DNA of 64,000 nt from Cyanobacteriota bacterium (GTDB lineage: Bacteria; Cyanobacteriota; Cyanobacteriia; Thermostichales; Thermostichaceae): NCBI GenBank assembly GCA_033764955.1, contig JANRIL010000044.1:41944-105943 (forward strand), in the 5' to 3' direction. Shown piece by piece: positions 20,533-31,971 of the stretch (its first letter is position 1; each line of letters begins with the position of its first letter). The position numbers were made by a program, and so were the translations under genes. Below the pieces are notes generated by a model. The model did not search any database. It saw only the letters and a list, made by a program, of their open reading frames with translations, and had not been told where the DNA came from.

Positions 20533-23115
20533 TCAATCGCTCGCTGAGTCAGGAGAGTGGGAGGAGTCTGGGGATCCCTGGGTGGGGGAAAACAGTTTTT
20601 CTAGAACTTGATTCAAGGTGGATTGCATCGTGATGCGTTCTTCATAGGCGGCCAAAATCCGTGTTAGTTGGGGCAAGCGATCCCGTTCCGCCTCTAGAAA
20701 AAGGGGCTGAATGTAGAGGAGGGCATTTTGAATAGGAATGACCAACAGCGTACCGTAATTAACACGGGATCCATGCTCACTCCACAGGGATATTTGCTCA
20801 GAGATCTCAGGATTTTGATTGATGCGAGCTTCCACCTGTTCAGGGCCGTAGATCAAGCGTTGCCGCGAAAATTCATAGACAACGAGTTGTCCATAATGCT
20901 CTCCATCACAACGGGCTGCCATCCAGGCAATCATATTTTGTTTGCTAAAGGGAGTAAATTGAGACAGCAAGACAAATTCTGGTTCATTTTGGGCATTGGG
21001 CAATTCGGGCAGAGTTAAAATCAAGTATTGTGGCTGCATTGGTTGCAGTTTTTCATGGCGATATTGATTCGGAATTTGCCAGAGATCTTCGCGGTTATAG
21101 AAAATTTGTGGATCCACCATATGGTAGGTGGCATATTGCTGGGTTTGAATACGAAAGAGGTCTTGGGGGTAGCGCAGATGATTCTTCAGATCATCGGGCA
21201 TCTCGGCAAAACGATGAAAGAGATCAGGGAAAATATGCTGGTAGGTACGAATTAAGGGATCCCCCTCATCCACCACATAAAAATCAACGCTCCCATCATA
21301 GGCATCAATGATTACTTTCACGGAATTGCGAATGTAATTGAAAGCATGGAGAGAGGCGGCTGGCTCGGAATAGGGATAGTAATTTGTGAGGGTATAAGCA
21401 TCCAAAATCCAGTAGAGCTTTCCCTGGCTAATCACTAAATAGGGATCCGCGTCGTAGTCTAAAAAAGGAGCTAGGTGTTGAACCCGTTCTCGAATTTGCC
21501 GACGAAAGAGGAATTTGGTTTCTGGGCGAAACTCACGGCTGATTAAAATCCGTAGATCTCGGAAATGCCAAGCAAACATCAGGCGTTGCCAGAGGTGAGG
21601 TACGGGCACTCCCCCGGATCCCTGATAGTTGCTATAGATATATTCATCGGCTTCGGGATAGTCCAGTTCGCGGGCGGAGGTGCCGACAAAAATATCGGTG
21701 TCCGTCAATTCTCCGTAATAAATAGCTGGGTTACGGATGGTCATGGCTTCGTCCACAAGGGAATTCACTGATTTGGGAGGCAGATCAGAGATGAAGAAGG
21801 CGGGTAAACCCTCCGAGGTGACAACATTGACCGGACTGAGAGCCAGACCATAGCCGTGGGTATAAAAAAAGCGTTGGTTGATCCAGGTTTGAGCGGGTTC
21901 GGGCACACGCTGATAGTCCAGTTCGCGGGCAGAGTGCATCACTTGACGCAGTTCTCCGCCAATCCGATAGCGATCCACATCCACAAAGGGAAATTGATAG
22001 TAAGGGCGAATTTCCTGCAACTGTCGATAGGCGGCCAGCAGGGGATCCGGATCCCAGAGGCGAATATTTTTGATGGTGGGATCATTGGCCTGAATGTCTT
22101 GGGCGGTGAGTTGTCCCAAATCTTGAAAGGGCTGTACTTGGACATGTTCCAGATTAAATGCTTGGCGGGTAAAGCGGATAGTGTGTTCAATGTAGGGGCG
22201 TTCCCGCTCCAGTTCGTTGGGAGCCACAAACACCGATTGAACAAACTCAGGGTAAATATCACCCGTCAATTCCGCAAGCAATCCGTAAGACACCGCCAAA
22301 ACTGCGGGAGCAATCAGGCACCATACCCAAGGACGACATTTGAATTTGAAACGGACAATTTGTGGGTTAATCTGACGCAACGCAATCCAGGCAAACCCGA
22401 TAGCATTGAGGAGCGCGACCCCCGCCAAGAAGGTTTCGGCAGGCAGTTGAGCATGAATATCCGTATAGCTGGCTCCATAGTTAGCTCCGCGCGGCGAATA
22501 GAGTAGCTCGTAGCGGTTCAGCCAATGTCTCCAAGCCACGATAGCAAATAGGGATCCCCCCAGGAGGATCAGGTGGCGCTGAGCGGGCAAGGGTAGGGCA
22601 AACTGGAGCCGCCGCTTGCCAAAGCCCCATTGGGTGAGATAGCCAATCCCCACAATCACCAGCAGGATGACCAGCAGACTAAAGCACCAAGATTGCAGCA
22701 TTTGCCAAAAAGGCAGGCTAAACAAGAAAAAGCTGATATCCCGCCCAAAAATCGGGTCTTGGATCCCTACCTCCACTTGATCGATCCAGGCCATGACGGT
22801 GAACCATTGGCGAGCCAAGATCACCGCAAATCCCCCCGCCAGCAGGAGGATAAGAGTTCCTAACCCCGGTCGCTTTTCCGGCCAGAGGGGTCGGAGATTT
22901 GCCCACCACACCCATGCCCCCAGACCAAAAGCCAGCAGCCCTACAAAGGCTCTTGCCCCCACCCCTAAAGCCAACGTTGAAGCATAGCCCAATTCTTCAA
23001 ACCAACTAAACTCAATCAGGAGGGCACTCAGGCGATCCCATGCCAAACCCGCTAGCAGCAGTGTTGCCAGCAGCCACAACCCCACGCGGAGCCATCGACG
23101 AGGTTGGGATCCCAT
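20533..23115 (-). CDS. UPF0182 family membrane protein
   Basis: DPIFGRDISFFLFSLP, GASYTD, NIRLWD, YTHGYG, NYIRNSVK, FYNREDLW. Confidence 0.93.
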   Translation of the reverse strand: MGSQPRRWLRVGLWLLATLLLAGLAWDRLSALLIEFSWFEELGYASTLALGVGARAFVGLLAFGLGAWVWWANLRPLWPEKRPGLGTLILLLAGGFAVILARQWFTVMAWIDQVEVGIQDPIFGRDISFFLFSLPFWQMLQSWCFSLLVILLVIVGIGYLTQWGFGKRRLQFALPLPAQRHLILLGGSLFAIVAWRHWLNRYELLYSPRGANYGASYTDIHAQLPAETFLAGVALLNAIGFAWIALRQINPQIVRFKFKCRPWVWCLIAPAVLAVSYGLLAELTGDIYPEFVQSVFVAPNELERERPYIEHTIRFTRQAFNLEHVQVQPFQDLGQLTAQDIQANDPTIKNIRLWDPDPLLAAYRQLQEIRPYYQFPFVDVDRYRIGGELRQVMHSARELDYQRVPEPAQTWINQRFFYTHGYGLALSPVNVVTSEGLPAFFISDLPPKSVNSLVDEAMTIRNPAIYYGELTDTDIFVGTSARELDYPEADEYIYSNYQGSGGVPVPHLWQRLMFAWHFRDLRILISREFRPETKFLFRRQIRERVQHLAPFLDYDADPYLVISQGKLYWILDAYTLTNYYPYSEPAASLHAFNYIRNSVKVIIDAYDGSVDFYVVDEGDPLIRTYQHIFPDLFHRFAEMPDDLKNHLRYPQDLFRIQTQQYATYHMVDPQIFYNREDLWQIPNQYRHEKLQPMQPQYLILTLPELPNAQNEPEFVLLSQFTPFSKQNMIAWMAARCDGEHYGQLVVYEFSRQRLIYGPEQVEARINQNPEISEQISLWSEHGSRVNYGTLLVIPIQNALLYIQPLFLEAERDRLPQLTRILAAYEERITMQSTLNQVLEKLFSPTQGSPDSSHSPDSASD

Positions 23116-23518
23116 ACTCTTTTCCTCCCTACAGTAACCCCGCCAGCAGACCCAGAATCGTTGGGACTAGCGGAAAGAAGCATCTATTTATCCCATAACA
23201 ACCCATGATCCAGGATGGATAGATAGTGAGGTTGCCCATTGGCATTGGAATTTGCATTGGAAATAAAGTATTGGGCAACGGTTATTAAGCCCCAATCTAT
23301 CTTAATCTTTGCAGCAGGAATTGAGCTGCCCCTCTGTCTACTGCTTTGCGGATCCCATCCCCCCTGAGCGCGGGATGGTTATCTTTAAGTGATGGAGAGA
23401 TTTAGCATGAGGAAGATCGGGGACAGTTGAGACCGATTTCTGAAGGGGAAAAGAAAAAGGTTTTGCAGATCTTTTCGGATGGATCCATCTCTGACCTGTT
23501 TCCAGCTAGGAGGAAATC

Positions 23519-23951
23519 ATGAAACTCTATGATCTAGATTTTTATGCCTGGACTCAGGAACAAGCCAAGCTTCTGAAATCAGGGCAATGGGATCAATTAG
23601 ATAGATATTGCCAACTTGGTGGAGGAGATTGAGTCTTTAGGCAAACAAGAACGACGGGAATTGATGAATTGGCTAGAGATCTTGATGGGACATCTGCTGA
23701 AGTGGCAGTTTCAGCCCCAATGTCGGGGCAAAAGTTGGGTGGTGACCATTGTCGGACAACGGCAGGAAGTAGAGGAGTTGATTGAGGATAATCCTAGCCT
23801 CAAACCTGATCTGGTAGCCAAAGAAACTCCGCTATCCCAGAAAGATCTGCCGGCGCAGTGCCCCTATACTTTTGAGCAGGTGATCGATCCTGGATTTTAT
23901 AAAGTTTTACCATCACGATTCAACACTTCTGCGATTGAACAACACCCTTAG
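23519..23951 (+). pseudogene. DUF29 family protein, frameshifted
   Basis: AGGAGG RBS; MKLYDLDFYAWTQEQAKLL...LD; AGAT duplication at 23599-23606 shifts frame; continues IANLVEEIESLGKQERREL...HLLKWQFQP. Confidence 0.85.
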
Positions 23952-24073
23952 ACAGCGAATGGGAAGGCTAGTCAGAAAAACTCTCTCCTTCTCCAAGAAG
24001 CTGGAGAACCCTATTGGGATGATCTTCAACTTCTTGCATCACTACTATGCATCATTATTTGTATAGGACTACC
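23932..24073 (+). mobile_element. IS1-family remnant (transposase C-terminus and right end)
   Basis: RLNNTLRQRMGRLVRKTLSFSKKLENPIGMIFNFLHHY* then ACTACC (reverse complement GGTAGT). Confidence 0.8.
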
Positions 24074-24138
24074 CTGAAGCCCGTTGGCAAAACTGGCGAA
24101 AAAGGCAACTCACAACATGACATTAGGCGGATCAGGGC

Positions 24139-26643
24139 TTAGGAACGGGTGCGACTGGCGGCCACCAGGCGGGGTAAAACCCGTTCGCCGTAGCGCAGGA
24201 GCATTTCTAGAGAGGCTAGGCGATTTTCCCAAGTGTTAACGCGGTAAGCCTGTTGCAGAGACTCGGAGCGCATCCAGTTGGCAAAACCATCCCGCAGGGT
24301 AGCTAGGGATCCCTGGGTGGCGGCGAGTTGAGCAGGACTGGGATCCCCGACCAAGCCATTGAGATCTTGCTCCACCTGCCTGATGGCAGCAAGCCACTCC
24401 GAACGCCCTGGTTCTGGGATCCGTATCTGGTTTTGATTGAGCAAAAATTGCCACTCCTGCTGCAAAACCTGGAAGCGAGCTTGAGCGGCTCCAAAGGGGT
24501 TGCGATGGGGAATCTGGCTAGAGGAAATGGCGGATCCACTGAGAATTTGCTCAAGTTCTTGGGTGAGTTGACGCGCGGCAAACAGGGCATAGCCTCCCGT
24601 GGGCAGATCGCGCACCACCTGCATCTGATCCAAAAATTCCACAGCAGGCAGATCCAGCAAATTGACGCTGGGTAAATAAAGGGTGGGAGAACGGCGGACA
24701 ATCTCTAGGTTGGGTTCCACCAACTGTGCCAAGCGGCGGGTGTTTTGGGCATAGGTGAGGGGAACCAGCAAATCAATGTCTCCCGCTGCAATCCATTTCT
24801 CCCAGTCCTGTTGCAGTTTTTGCACCCGCTCATTTTCGGGCAGAGCATAGACCGCCGCCGATAACACCACATGCGGATCGAGTTTTTGAATCGCTTGGGC
24901 AACCTCGCCGACAAACTGGTTGATTTGCTGAGTGCGAAACTGCGTCCACAACTGATAGAGAGAGCGATCCTGGGTGGGATCCACATCTAAGGGATCCACA
25001 TCCGTCAGTTGGCGAAACTGCTGACGAGCCGCTTGTCCATAGCCAAAGGTGGCACGACTGGAGGCATTTTGAAAGGGATAACGAATATAGTCCAGTTGGA
25101 TGCCATCCACACCATAATCCCGAATCATTTCGGTGATCAGCCCTAATAGATAGCGGCGCACCTCTGGATTGGCGGGATCTAGCCAGGTTTCCACCTGACC
25201 ACGGGGAAACCATTCTTGGCGGTCATCCAGGTTAGCCCAGGTGGGATGGGCGGTTAACACCGGGCCGATATAGCGTTCCGGACGGCTGATCTCCGGCAAG
25301 ACGTTGTGGCGAATATTGCCCACCGCGAACGTCCACATCCAGGCATGTAGCTCAATCTGTCGCTCATGAGCCAGCTTGACGGCGGCGGCTAAGGGATCCC
25401 AGCCACGGGTGAGGGGGTTTTGTTCCGGGGCTAACCGACTGGGGTAGATAGGAAATCCAGCGTTGATGGTTTCAAAAAAGACCGTGTTGATGCCCGCTGC
25501 TGCCAACCGATCAAAAACGCGGCTCAAGCCCAATTCGGATCCCGCCTCGACAATCGTACCTCGATCTAACCAAATGGCTCTCACCTCCGGCAGAGCTGTT
25601 AGACGATCCACCGGATAGTTTTGCCAGAGATCCGCCCGTGCCTGTTCAAACTCCCGCCGTGCCTTCACATGTTCTCCGGCTTCTACCCATTTCAAGAGGT
25701 TGCTGGTCACGTCGCGGGCATGGTCAACTACACCCGCAAACTGCGGCGAAAGGGAGGATGTGGAGGCTTGGGTGGCTTGGGTCACTAACAGCGCACTCTC
25801 CACCCGTCCCAAGAGGCTTTGCAGTTCTTGCCGCATCGCCAGGGCTTCTAAGGTATTGATGGGTTGAGGAGGGGGAGGGGAGGGGGTTCCCTGTCCTCCA
25901 GGCTGATTGACTACCGTCAGCCCTTGCAGATATTGCAGGGCAGCTTGTAGCCATTGTTGATCCTGTTGGGCGGCCTCCGGCTGATCGATGGATCCCCATT
26001 TCCAGCCTAAATAGACACTCCGACGGGTGGCAATCACCGCGTAGGGATCCCTAGGGCTTTCTCCCCACTGAGCGATTAAGCGGCTATCTACCCCCGCCGG
26101 CAGTAGGGATCCCCCTCGGATGGGAGTGAAATCGGTCACAAGGCTAGCCCAACTGCTGTCGGCAAAGGGGGTGAGGCGGATCCCCTCAGCTTGGCGCAAT
26201 TCCCCACTCCAGTAGGCATCGATTAAAGCCCGCCAAGCGGATTTGTTTTCAGCATCTACCTCGAGCGGCCCACTGATAATCAGACGTCCTTGCTGATTTT
26301 CCATCCAATTGATCAGGGCTTGGGTTTGATCGGCGGTCAACTCACCCAGATTGGGTAAAAACAAAATCTTCAGGCCAGCCAATCCATCCTCATTGATCTG
26401 CTGGGCAGCCATGACTTGATAAGGGAGGTTGCTGCGATCCAATCGTTGTTGAAGGAGCGTCCATGCTCCACCCCCACTTTGCCACACTCCTAAGCGAGCT
26501 TCTTCCTGCGCCTGAGAATGGAGGGATCCCGGCCATGACAGCAAGGTTAACCCTACCAGCAGCAATCCCAACCCTGTGCTGAGCAACCGCACTAGCCAAC
26601 GGCCTTGTTCCCTCCCCCATTGCCCAAGAGGTTTCTCCCCCAT
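24139..26643 (-). CDS. GHL10/DUF187 glycoside hydrolase-like protein
   Basis: EVRAIWLDRG, IELHAW, WLDPANPEVR, DGIQLDYIRYP, QQDW; N-terminal TM; start uncertain (26643-26727). Confidence 0.85.
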   Translation of the reverse strand: MGEKPLGQWGREQGRWLVRLLSTGLGLLLVGLTLLSWPGSLHSQAQEEARLGVWQSGGGAWTLLQQRLDRSNLPYQVMAAQQINEDGLAGLKILFLPNLGELTADQTQALINWMENQQGRLIISGPLEVDAENKSAWRALIDAYWSGELRQAEGIRLTPFADSSWASLVTDFTPIRGGSLLPAGVDSRLIAQWGESPRDPYAVIATRRSVYLGWKWGSIDQPEAAQQDQQWLQAALQYLQGLTVVNQPGGQGTPSPPPPQPINTLEALAMRQELQSLLGRVESALLVTQATQASTSSLSPQFAGVVDHARDVTSNLLKWVEAGEHVKARREFEQARADLWQNYPVDRLTALPEVRAIWLDRGTIVEAGSELGLSRVFDRLAAAGINTVFFETINAGFPIYPSRLAPEQNPLTRGWDPLAAAVKLAHERQIELHAWMWTFAVGNIRHNVLPEISRPERYIGPVLTAHPTWANLDDRQEWFPRGQVETWLDPANPEVRRYLLGLITEMIRDYGVDGIQLDYIRYPFQNASSRATFGYGQAARQQFRQLTDVDPLDVDPTQDRSLYQLWTQFRTQQINQFVGEVAQAIQKLDPHVVLSAAVYALPENERVQKLQQDWEKWIAAGDIDLLVPLTYAQNTRRLAQLVEPNLEIVRRSPTLYLPSVNLLDLPAVEFLDQMQVVRDLPTGGYALFAARQLTQELEQILSGSAISSSQIPHRNPFGAAQARFQVLQQEWQFLLNQNQIRIPEPGRSEWLAAIRQVEQDLNGLVGDPSPAQLAATQGSLATLRDGFANWMRSESLQQAYRVNTWENRLASLEMLLRYGERVLPRLVAASRTRS

Positions 26644-26939
26644 CGGGATTATCCCTTTTAGTCTGGGTATCTGCCAGTGGACATGGGGCATAATGACTCC
26701 TCGACGGGCAACTATCTTCAGACGCAAATCGGACGCTCAACTTCACGTTTGTCGCCCTCTTTCAAAACGGGCAAAGAGAGCTTCGCTGAAATAGTATCCC
26801 TTCCTTCACCAATTAACCATCCCCAATATTGAATTCCGGACATTGAATAGACTGCTTTTTAGGCGAAGCGACTCACTAATCAGCAGAGATCATCGACAGG
26901 AAACGATTCCTCGAAAACTATTCATAAGAAAGGTGAATT

Positions 26940-26968
26940 AAAAAAGCATGTCTTTGTAGGACATGCTT
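26940..26968 (-). terminator. Intrinsic terminator downstream of hli
   Basis: AAGCATGTC-7nt-GACATGCTT stem followed by a T-run on the minus strand. Confidence 0.55.
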
Positions 26969-27095
26969 GTGGTTAAAGATAAATTGAAGGCAAAGGCTTC
27001 AAGGCCAGGAATTTATGTTCTATCAGATACGCTGATCTCGCTTCAGCCTAAAACTCACTAGGGGGAGGAACGTTAGTTAACCATTAAATCAGTGG

Positions 27096-27248
27096 TTACA
27101 TCAATCCTAGCCAAGCAGCAACACCTTGGCCGGTGGCCGCTTCAATGACAATAGCCAGCAAAAAGCCAATCATGGCCGCCCGACCATTTAGGCGCTCGGC
27201 GTATTCATTAAAGCCAAATTTGGGTTCGGTAAGATTGGGGTTAGACAT
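27096..27248 (-). CDS. hli: High-light-inducible protein (CAB/ELIP/HLIP), 50 aa
   Basis: Below ORF-track cutoff; MSNPNLTEPKFGFNEYAERLNGRAAMIGFLLAIVIEAATGQGVAAWLGLM; ExxNGR motif; AGGAGG RBS. Confidence 0.95.
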   Translation of the reverse strand: MSNPNLTEPKFGFNEYAERLNGRAAMIGFLLAIVIEAATGQGVAAWLGLM

Positions 27249-27292
27249 GGGGTCCTCCTGAGAAAATCAAGAATGCAGCATTTCGTGATTCC

Positions 27293-27317
27293 AGTATAGT
27301 TTACATTTCTTTGCATT
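27293..27317 (-). promoter_or_regulatory. hli promoter: -10 TATACT with adjacent HLR1 (RpaB) repeat
   Basis: + strand TTTACATT-TC-TTTGCATT at 27300-27317; minus-strand TATACT at 27293-27298. Confidence 0.7.
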
Positions 27318-27388
27318 TTCAACGGTAGCGACGGGGGATCCCTTCGGCTTGTTGCCCAGAGGGTTCTTTTCCCCTCAGGTGATTGTTC

Positions 27389-28444
27389 TCAGTAAATCAT
27401 CTGCACCGACAAAAGAAAGGAACTGCCCAACAGCAGGGTGCCGAGGAGGCGTCGCCAACCCAAACAGGGGATCTCCATCAACACGCCACCGGCGCTCACA
27501 CAGAGAAGGGGCAAGATCACCAACCCTGAGCGGGCGCTGGCCTGTAGCCAGTTGACGGATCCGTGGCTATGGAGCAGGAGCATCGTCAGTTCTAGGCCAA
27601 TATAAATCACGGCAGCCAGACTAATCAGAGCTTGCTGGCGATGGCTCCACGGCCAGACCAAGCGCACCAACGTCAACCCCAATGGCAGCATCAGCGCCGC
27701 CAACACAGCCAGCCCACTTTGCCAGACCACCGCTGCTCCGAAGGTATCGTGCAGAGGCTGCACCCAAGCCGGGATCCCGCCGTACCAGATAGCGTTAATC
27801 AGGATGCTACCCCCCACCAGCATCACCCCCTGCCAGCGATAGCGAGGCCACCCCTGGCTTGTCCAGAGCAATGTAAGGAGAAGGGCAATCGGCCAAGCCC
27901 GCGCACTCAGGCTACAGGCTAAGGCTAAGCCGATAAATCGTCTGGGGAGCCTCACCTGACAAGCCCAAAACAGCAAGGCCGCCGCAAAAATTTCACTGCC
28001 CGGTTCTAACCCTTGACTAATCACCCAAGGACTCAATCCCCACAAACCGGCGCTCCAAAAATTTCCCTTTACCCAGCAGCCCAGCAGGATCAGTAAGCAA
28101 CCCAAAAGCGCCACCCCCTGCAAAAAGAACGAGCTGGGTAATTCTGGTGCCGGAACTTGGGCAATAAATTGGCTAAATCCCTGATAGAGGGGTAACTCAG
28201 GAGGACTATGGCTGAGTCCAGCGTCCATGTCACTGGTGGTTTGTAAGATTGGCAGTGAGCGCCACCATTGATGATGAAAACTGGGCTTTTGCAGAGTCAG
28301 GCGCAGACGTTGGCTGATCAAAATGACCATGCCTACCCAAAGCAAGGTGGATCCCCATATTGTCCAGGATTGCCTACGAGGCAGATCGACGGACGAACGG
28401 ATCCGGCGGCGACTCAAAGACTGGTTTTTGCGTTTCCAAGACAA
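27389..28444 (-). CDS. Hypothetical multi-pass membrane protein
   Basis: Long ORF with ~9-10 hydrophobic segments; no motif recognised. Confidence 0.65.
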   Translation of the reverse strand: MSWKRKNQSLSRRRIRSSVDLPRRQSWTIWGSTLLWVGMVILISQRLRLTLQKPSFHHQWWRSLPILQTTSDMDAGLSHSPPELPLYQGFSQFIAQVPAPELPSSFFLQGVALLGCLLILLGCWVKGNFWSAGLWGLSPWVISQGLEPGSEIFAAALLFWACQVRLPRRFIGLALACSLSARAWPIALLLTLLWTSQGWPRYRWQGVMLVGGSILINAIWYGGIPAWVQPLHDTFGAAVVWQSGLAVLAALMLPLGLTLVRLVWPWSHRQQALISLAAVIYIGLELTMLLLHSHGSVNWLQASARSGLVILPLLCVSAGGVLMEIPCLGWRRLLGTLLLGSSFLLSVQMIY

Positions 28445-28556
28445 CGGGCAACCCCCTACTGACAGTTAGCTTGCTTGGAGGCCAGCTATGGGCTGTGTCT
28501 GTCCTAACCACAACTCCCCTGACATCATAACGAGCGAGGGATAAACTCGTCGGTAA

Positions 28557-29078
28557 TCAGCGGGTTAACTGGAGATCTTCCGCCGTCGGGCAACCCGCCG
28601 CTTGCCAAGCGCGGATCCCTTGGGCGGTGGCTCCATCCGATATATCCCGCGGGATCCCTTCCGGTCGCAGCACTTGCAATCGGCTCAACACCAGGCTGCT
28701 GGTCGGACTAGCCTGAAAAACTTCAGCTCGATAGGCGAGGGAGAGGCTGTCGGTACGTCGGTTGTCCCAGGTGTCTGGCGAATCCACCCCGACCAATTGG
28801 CGTTCTAAGGTTGAAAAATAGATCCCATAGCCCAACGGTTGACTGGGATCCACCGCTAAATCGAGAGGGGAGGGGAGGAGGGGTTCCACCTGAGGAGGGC
28901 TGACCAAAATCAGGCGAAATTGGGCGTTGGTGCGAGTTAAGACAAGATTGACAAAGCGGGGCAATTGGCTGGTCATCCCTTCCGCCCAAGCATTTACTTC
29001 CGTTGGGCAGGCAAGCGCGGGCCACGATAGGCTGATCCACGCTACCCAGAGAATAGGGATCCCTACCGTTCCTTTCAT
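28557..29078 (-). CDS. Hypothetical exported protein
   Basis: ATG overlaps pyrF stop (ATGA); signal peptide ending [18 protein letters not shown]. Confidence 0.7.
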   Translation of the reverse strand: MKGTVGIPILWVAWISLSWPALACPTEVNAWAEGMTSQLPRFVNLVLTRTNAQFRLILVSPPQVEPLLPSPLDLAVDPSQPLGYGIYFSTLERQLVGVDSPDTWDNRRTDSLSLAYRAEVFQASPTSSLVLSRLQVLRPEGIPRDISDGATAQGIRAWQAAGCPTAEDLQLTR

Positions 29079-29770
29079 AACCCCGCCCTGATTTCTGCCC
29101 AAGCTACTTCTGGGTCAGGGGCTTGTGTGATCGAGCGCCCAATCACTAAGTAATCGGCTCCGGCGGTGAGCGCCTGTTGAGGAGTCCAAACCCGCGCCTG
29201 ATCTTGAAGACCATCTTGAACACGCCGGATGCCGGGAGTCACCAACAGCCAATCTGATCCTAACTGCTGACGGAGGCTGGCCACCTCCATGGGAGAACAC
29301 ACGGCTCCGCTACAGCCGGCCCGTTGCGCCATTTGGGCAAGATGCAGAGCATAGTCCGGCAAATCCAGGGCAATGTTGAGATCGTGCCTCAGCTGAGCTG
29401 GGCTGAGACTGGTTAAGACGGTGACGGCCAAAAGCTGGCAAGGGGATCCCTGTGCTGCTGCTACGGCTGCCTGCAACATCGCTTCTCCTCCCGTGCTGTG
29501 GAGGGTGAGCATATCTACCCCTAGGTTGATCGCGGCCGCTGTGGCACGGGCTACCGTATGGGGAATGTCATGTAGCTTAATATCGAGAAAAATTTTTTTT
29601 TGGCGTTGCTTGAGTTGGCGGATGACAGGCCAGCCCCCCGCTGTAAACAACTCTAGACCCACCTTCCACCAGACTACTTCTGGAAGACGCTCCAGCCAAG
29701 CCAAAGCTTGCTCTTGGTCAGCCACATCCAAAGCAACAATAATGCGTTCTGCCAACGTCAACTGAGACAT
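29075..29770 (-). CDS. pyrF: Orotidine-5'-phosphate decarboxylase
   Basis: [34 protein letters not shown]. Confidence 0.97.
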   Translation of the reverse strand: MSQLTLAERIIVALDVADQEQALAWLERLPEVVWWKVGLELFTAGGWPVIRQLKQRQKKIFLDIKLHDIPHTVARATAAAINLGVDMLTLHSTGGEAMLQAAVAAAQGSPCQLLAVTVLTSLSPAQLRHDLNIALDLPDYALHLAQMAQRAGCSGAVCSPMEVASLRQQLGSDWLLVTPGIRRVQDGLQDQARVWTPQQALTAGADYLVIGRSITQAPDPEVAWAEIRAGL

Positions 29771-29797
29771 AATCAGCCCTACGGGACTATAGCCAGC

Positions 29798-30025
29798 CTA
29801 AAGGGATCCCGCCTGGGAGGAAAGAGGGGGAGGATCGGGGGTTTTGCTTAAACAGGGGGATTGAGCCGCCTGCCGAAATGTTTCAATGGATTCCACATGA
29901 TTGCAAAAGCCACAAAAAGGGCAGTATAAGAGATCCCCGATGTGGGGGGCAATGTCGGCATGACTCCACCAACGTCCGCAGGCTTGGCAATGGCAGTGGT
30001 AGAGATACTCCAGGGAGATTTTCAT
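29798..30025 (-). CDS. Small Cys-rich zinc-ribbon protein
   Basis: CHCQACGRWWS...CPFCG. Confidence 0.65.
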   Translation of the reverse strand: MKISLEYLYHCHCQACGRWWSHADIAPHIGDLLYCPFCGFCNHVESIETFRQAAQSPCLSKTPDPPPLSSQAGSL

Positions 30026-30086
30026 GATTTTTCATGAGGAACAGAATTAGTTCAACAGAAAAGATGATTAGTGTGTATGGAAAGAG

Positions 30087-31886
30087 CTAGGGATCCCTGG
30101 CCGTCAGGGAGGAAATGTGACGGCGTTGTGGATCCCCCGTGGGGATGGCCGCCAGCAGTTGCCGCGTATACTCCCGTTGGGGATCCCGATACAGTTGATC
30201 AGCAGGGGCGATTTCTTCCAGACGGCCTCGGTTCATCACCAAAATCCGGTCACTCATAAACTGCACCACACTCAAATCATGGGAGATAAACAAATAGGTC
30301 AAGTCCAGATCGGTTTGTAGCTGTTTGAGAAGATTGAGCACCTGTGCCTGCACCGAGACATCGAGGGAGGATACGGCCTCATCACAAATCAGCAGGCGGG
30401 GCTGACTGGCTAAGGCACGGGCAATACAGATCCGTTGCCGCTGCCCTCCCGAAAATTCATGGGGCATCCGCGACAATGCTTGGGGATCCAAGCCCACCTT
30501 GATAAACAACTCCTCTGCCCGTTGCCGACGCACCATGGAATTGTCCCCGAGCCGATGCAAAATCATCGGCTCCAGCACACTCTCCCCCACCGTCAGGCGC
30601 GGATCGAGAGCGGCTGTCGGATCTTGAAACACTAACTGGATCTCGCGCCGCCGCTGCCGCAAGCGTTGGCGAGACAGCGCCAGCCAATCCTCCCCGTCGT
30701 AGCGAATGGATCCCGCCGTAGCTTGAGTCAGTCGCAAAATGGTTCGCCCTAGGGTGCTTTTCCCGGATCCCGACTCCCCCACCACTCCTAAGGTTTCCCC
30801 CGGATATATCTGAAAACTGATATCGTCCACGGCGCGAATGTCCCCAATCCTTTGCCGCCATACCCCCCGCATCGGGAAATGCACCTGCAAGCCCTCAACC
30901 TGGAGGAGGGGAGGACGTGATTGCAGCCGTTGCAGACGAATGGACATTTCTCCGCTACTCACTTCCAGCAAAGGGAGGGGTTGGAGAGGGATAGATGAGG
31001 TCGGCATCTCTAGCTGACCATCCTGCCGCCGCATCGTCCTGACCCAATCCTCGGTGGTGGGTAGGCGGTGCAGGCGGCGACCCAAAACCGGACGACAGGC
31101 TAACAATCCTTGGGTATAGGGATGTTGGGGATGAGCAAAGACGCTGGATATGGGAGCCGCTTCCACTTTTTTGCCTCCGTACATCACCAGCACCTGATCC
31201 GCTAGTTCAGCCACCACCCCCCAGTCATGGCTAATCAACAAAATCGACATCTGGCGCTGTTCTTGCAACTGGCGCAATAATTTGAGAATCTCTGCTTGAA
31301 TGGTCACATCCAGGGCAGTTGTCGGTTCATCGGCAATCAATAAACAGGGGTCACAGGCAATAGCACAGGCAATGGCCACCCGCTGCCGTTGTCCTCCCGA
31401 CAATTGATGGGGATAACGCCGCAAAAGGGCACTCGGTAATTGCACTTCTGCAAACAAGTCTGCTGCCCGTTGTTCTGCCTCGCGCTGATTCATCGACAAA
31501 TGGGTACGAAGAGTCTCTTGTAACTGATAGCCACAGCTATAGACAGGGTTGAGGCTTTGACCCGGATCCTGAAACACCATCCCCACCTGCCGTCCGCGAT
31601 AGGTTTGCTTGGGGCGGGCTGAGCTATCTAACAAATTCACCCGGTTTCCTTGGGGGGGAGTTAACCAGGCGGATCCACTCACTATCGCTGGGGTTGGGGT
31701 CAGCCCCATCAAAGCCAACGCTGTCATGGTTTTGCCGGATCCCGACTCCCCGACAATGCCGAGGGTCTCTCCCACCTTCAGGTCAAAGCCGATGCCATCC
31801 ACCACGGACACCCGTTGCTGCCCTTGGGGAATTGTCACAACCAAGTCTTTCACCTGCAAAAGAGGGGGGGCTGAGGGCTGGGTCAT
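30087..31886 (-). CDS. Fused two-domain peptide/nickel ABC transporter ATP-binding protein
   Basis: Two GESGSGK Walker A and two SGGQRQR signatures; HPYTQGL. Confidence 0.93.
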   Translation of the reverse strand: MTQPSAPPLLQVKDLVVTIPQGQQRVSVVDGIGFDLKVGETLGIVGESGSGKTMTALALMGLTPTPAIVSGSAWLTPPQGNRVNLLDSSARPKQTYRGRQVGMVFQDPGQSLNPVYSCGYQLQETLRTHLSMNQREAEQRAADLFAEVQLPSALLRRYPHQLSGGQRQRVAIACAIACDPCLLIADEPTTALDVTIQAEILKLLRQLQEQRQMSILLISHDWGVVAELADQVLVMYGGKKVEAAPISSVFAHPQHPYTQGLLACRPVLGRRLHRLPTTEDWVRTMRRQDGQLEMPTSSIPLQPLPLLEVSSGEMSIRLQRLQSRPPLLQVEGLQVHFPMRGVWRQRIGDIRAVDDISFQIYPGETLGVVGESGSGKSTLGRTILRLTQATAGSIRYDGEDWLALSRQRLRQRRREIQLVFQDPTAALDPRLTVGESVLEPMILHRLGDNSMVRRQRAEELFIKVGLDPQALSRMPHEFSGGQRQRICIARALASQPRLLICDEAVSSLDVSVQAQVLNLLKQLQTDLDLTYLFISHDLSVVQFMSDRILVMNRGRLEEIAPADQLYRDPQREYTRQLLAAIPTGDPQRRHISSLTARDP

Positions 31887-31971
31887 CCGATCACAGAAAT
31901 AGGTAGGCTATCGTTAGGCGCGATTATAGGACAAACCGGATCCCGACTCTAGCCCACAACCCTTGGCGGAT

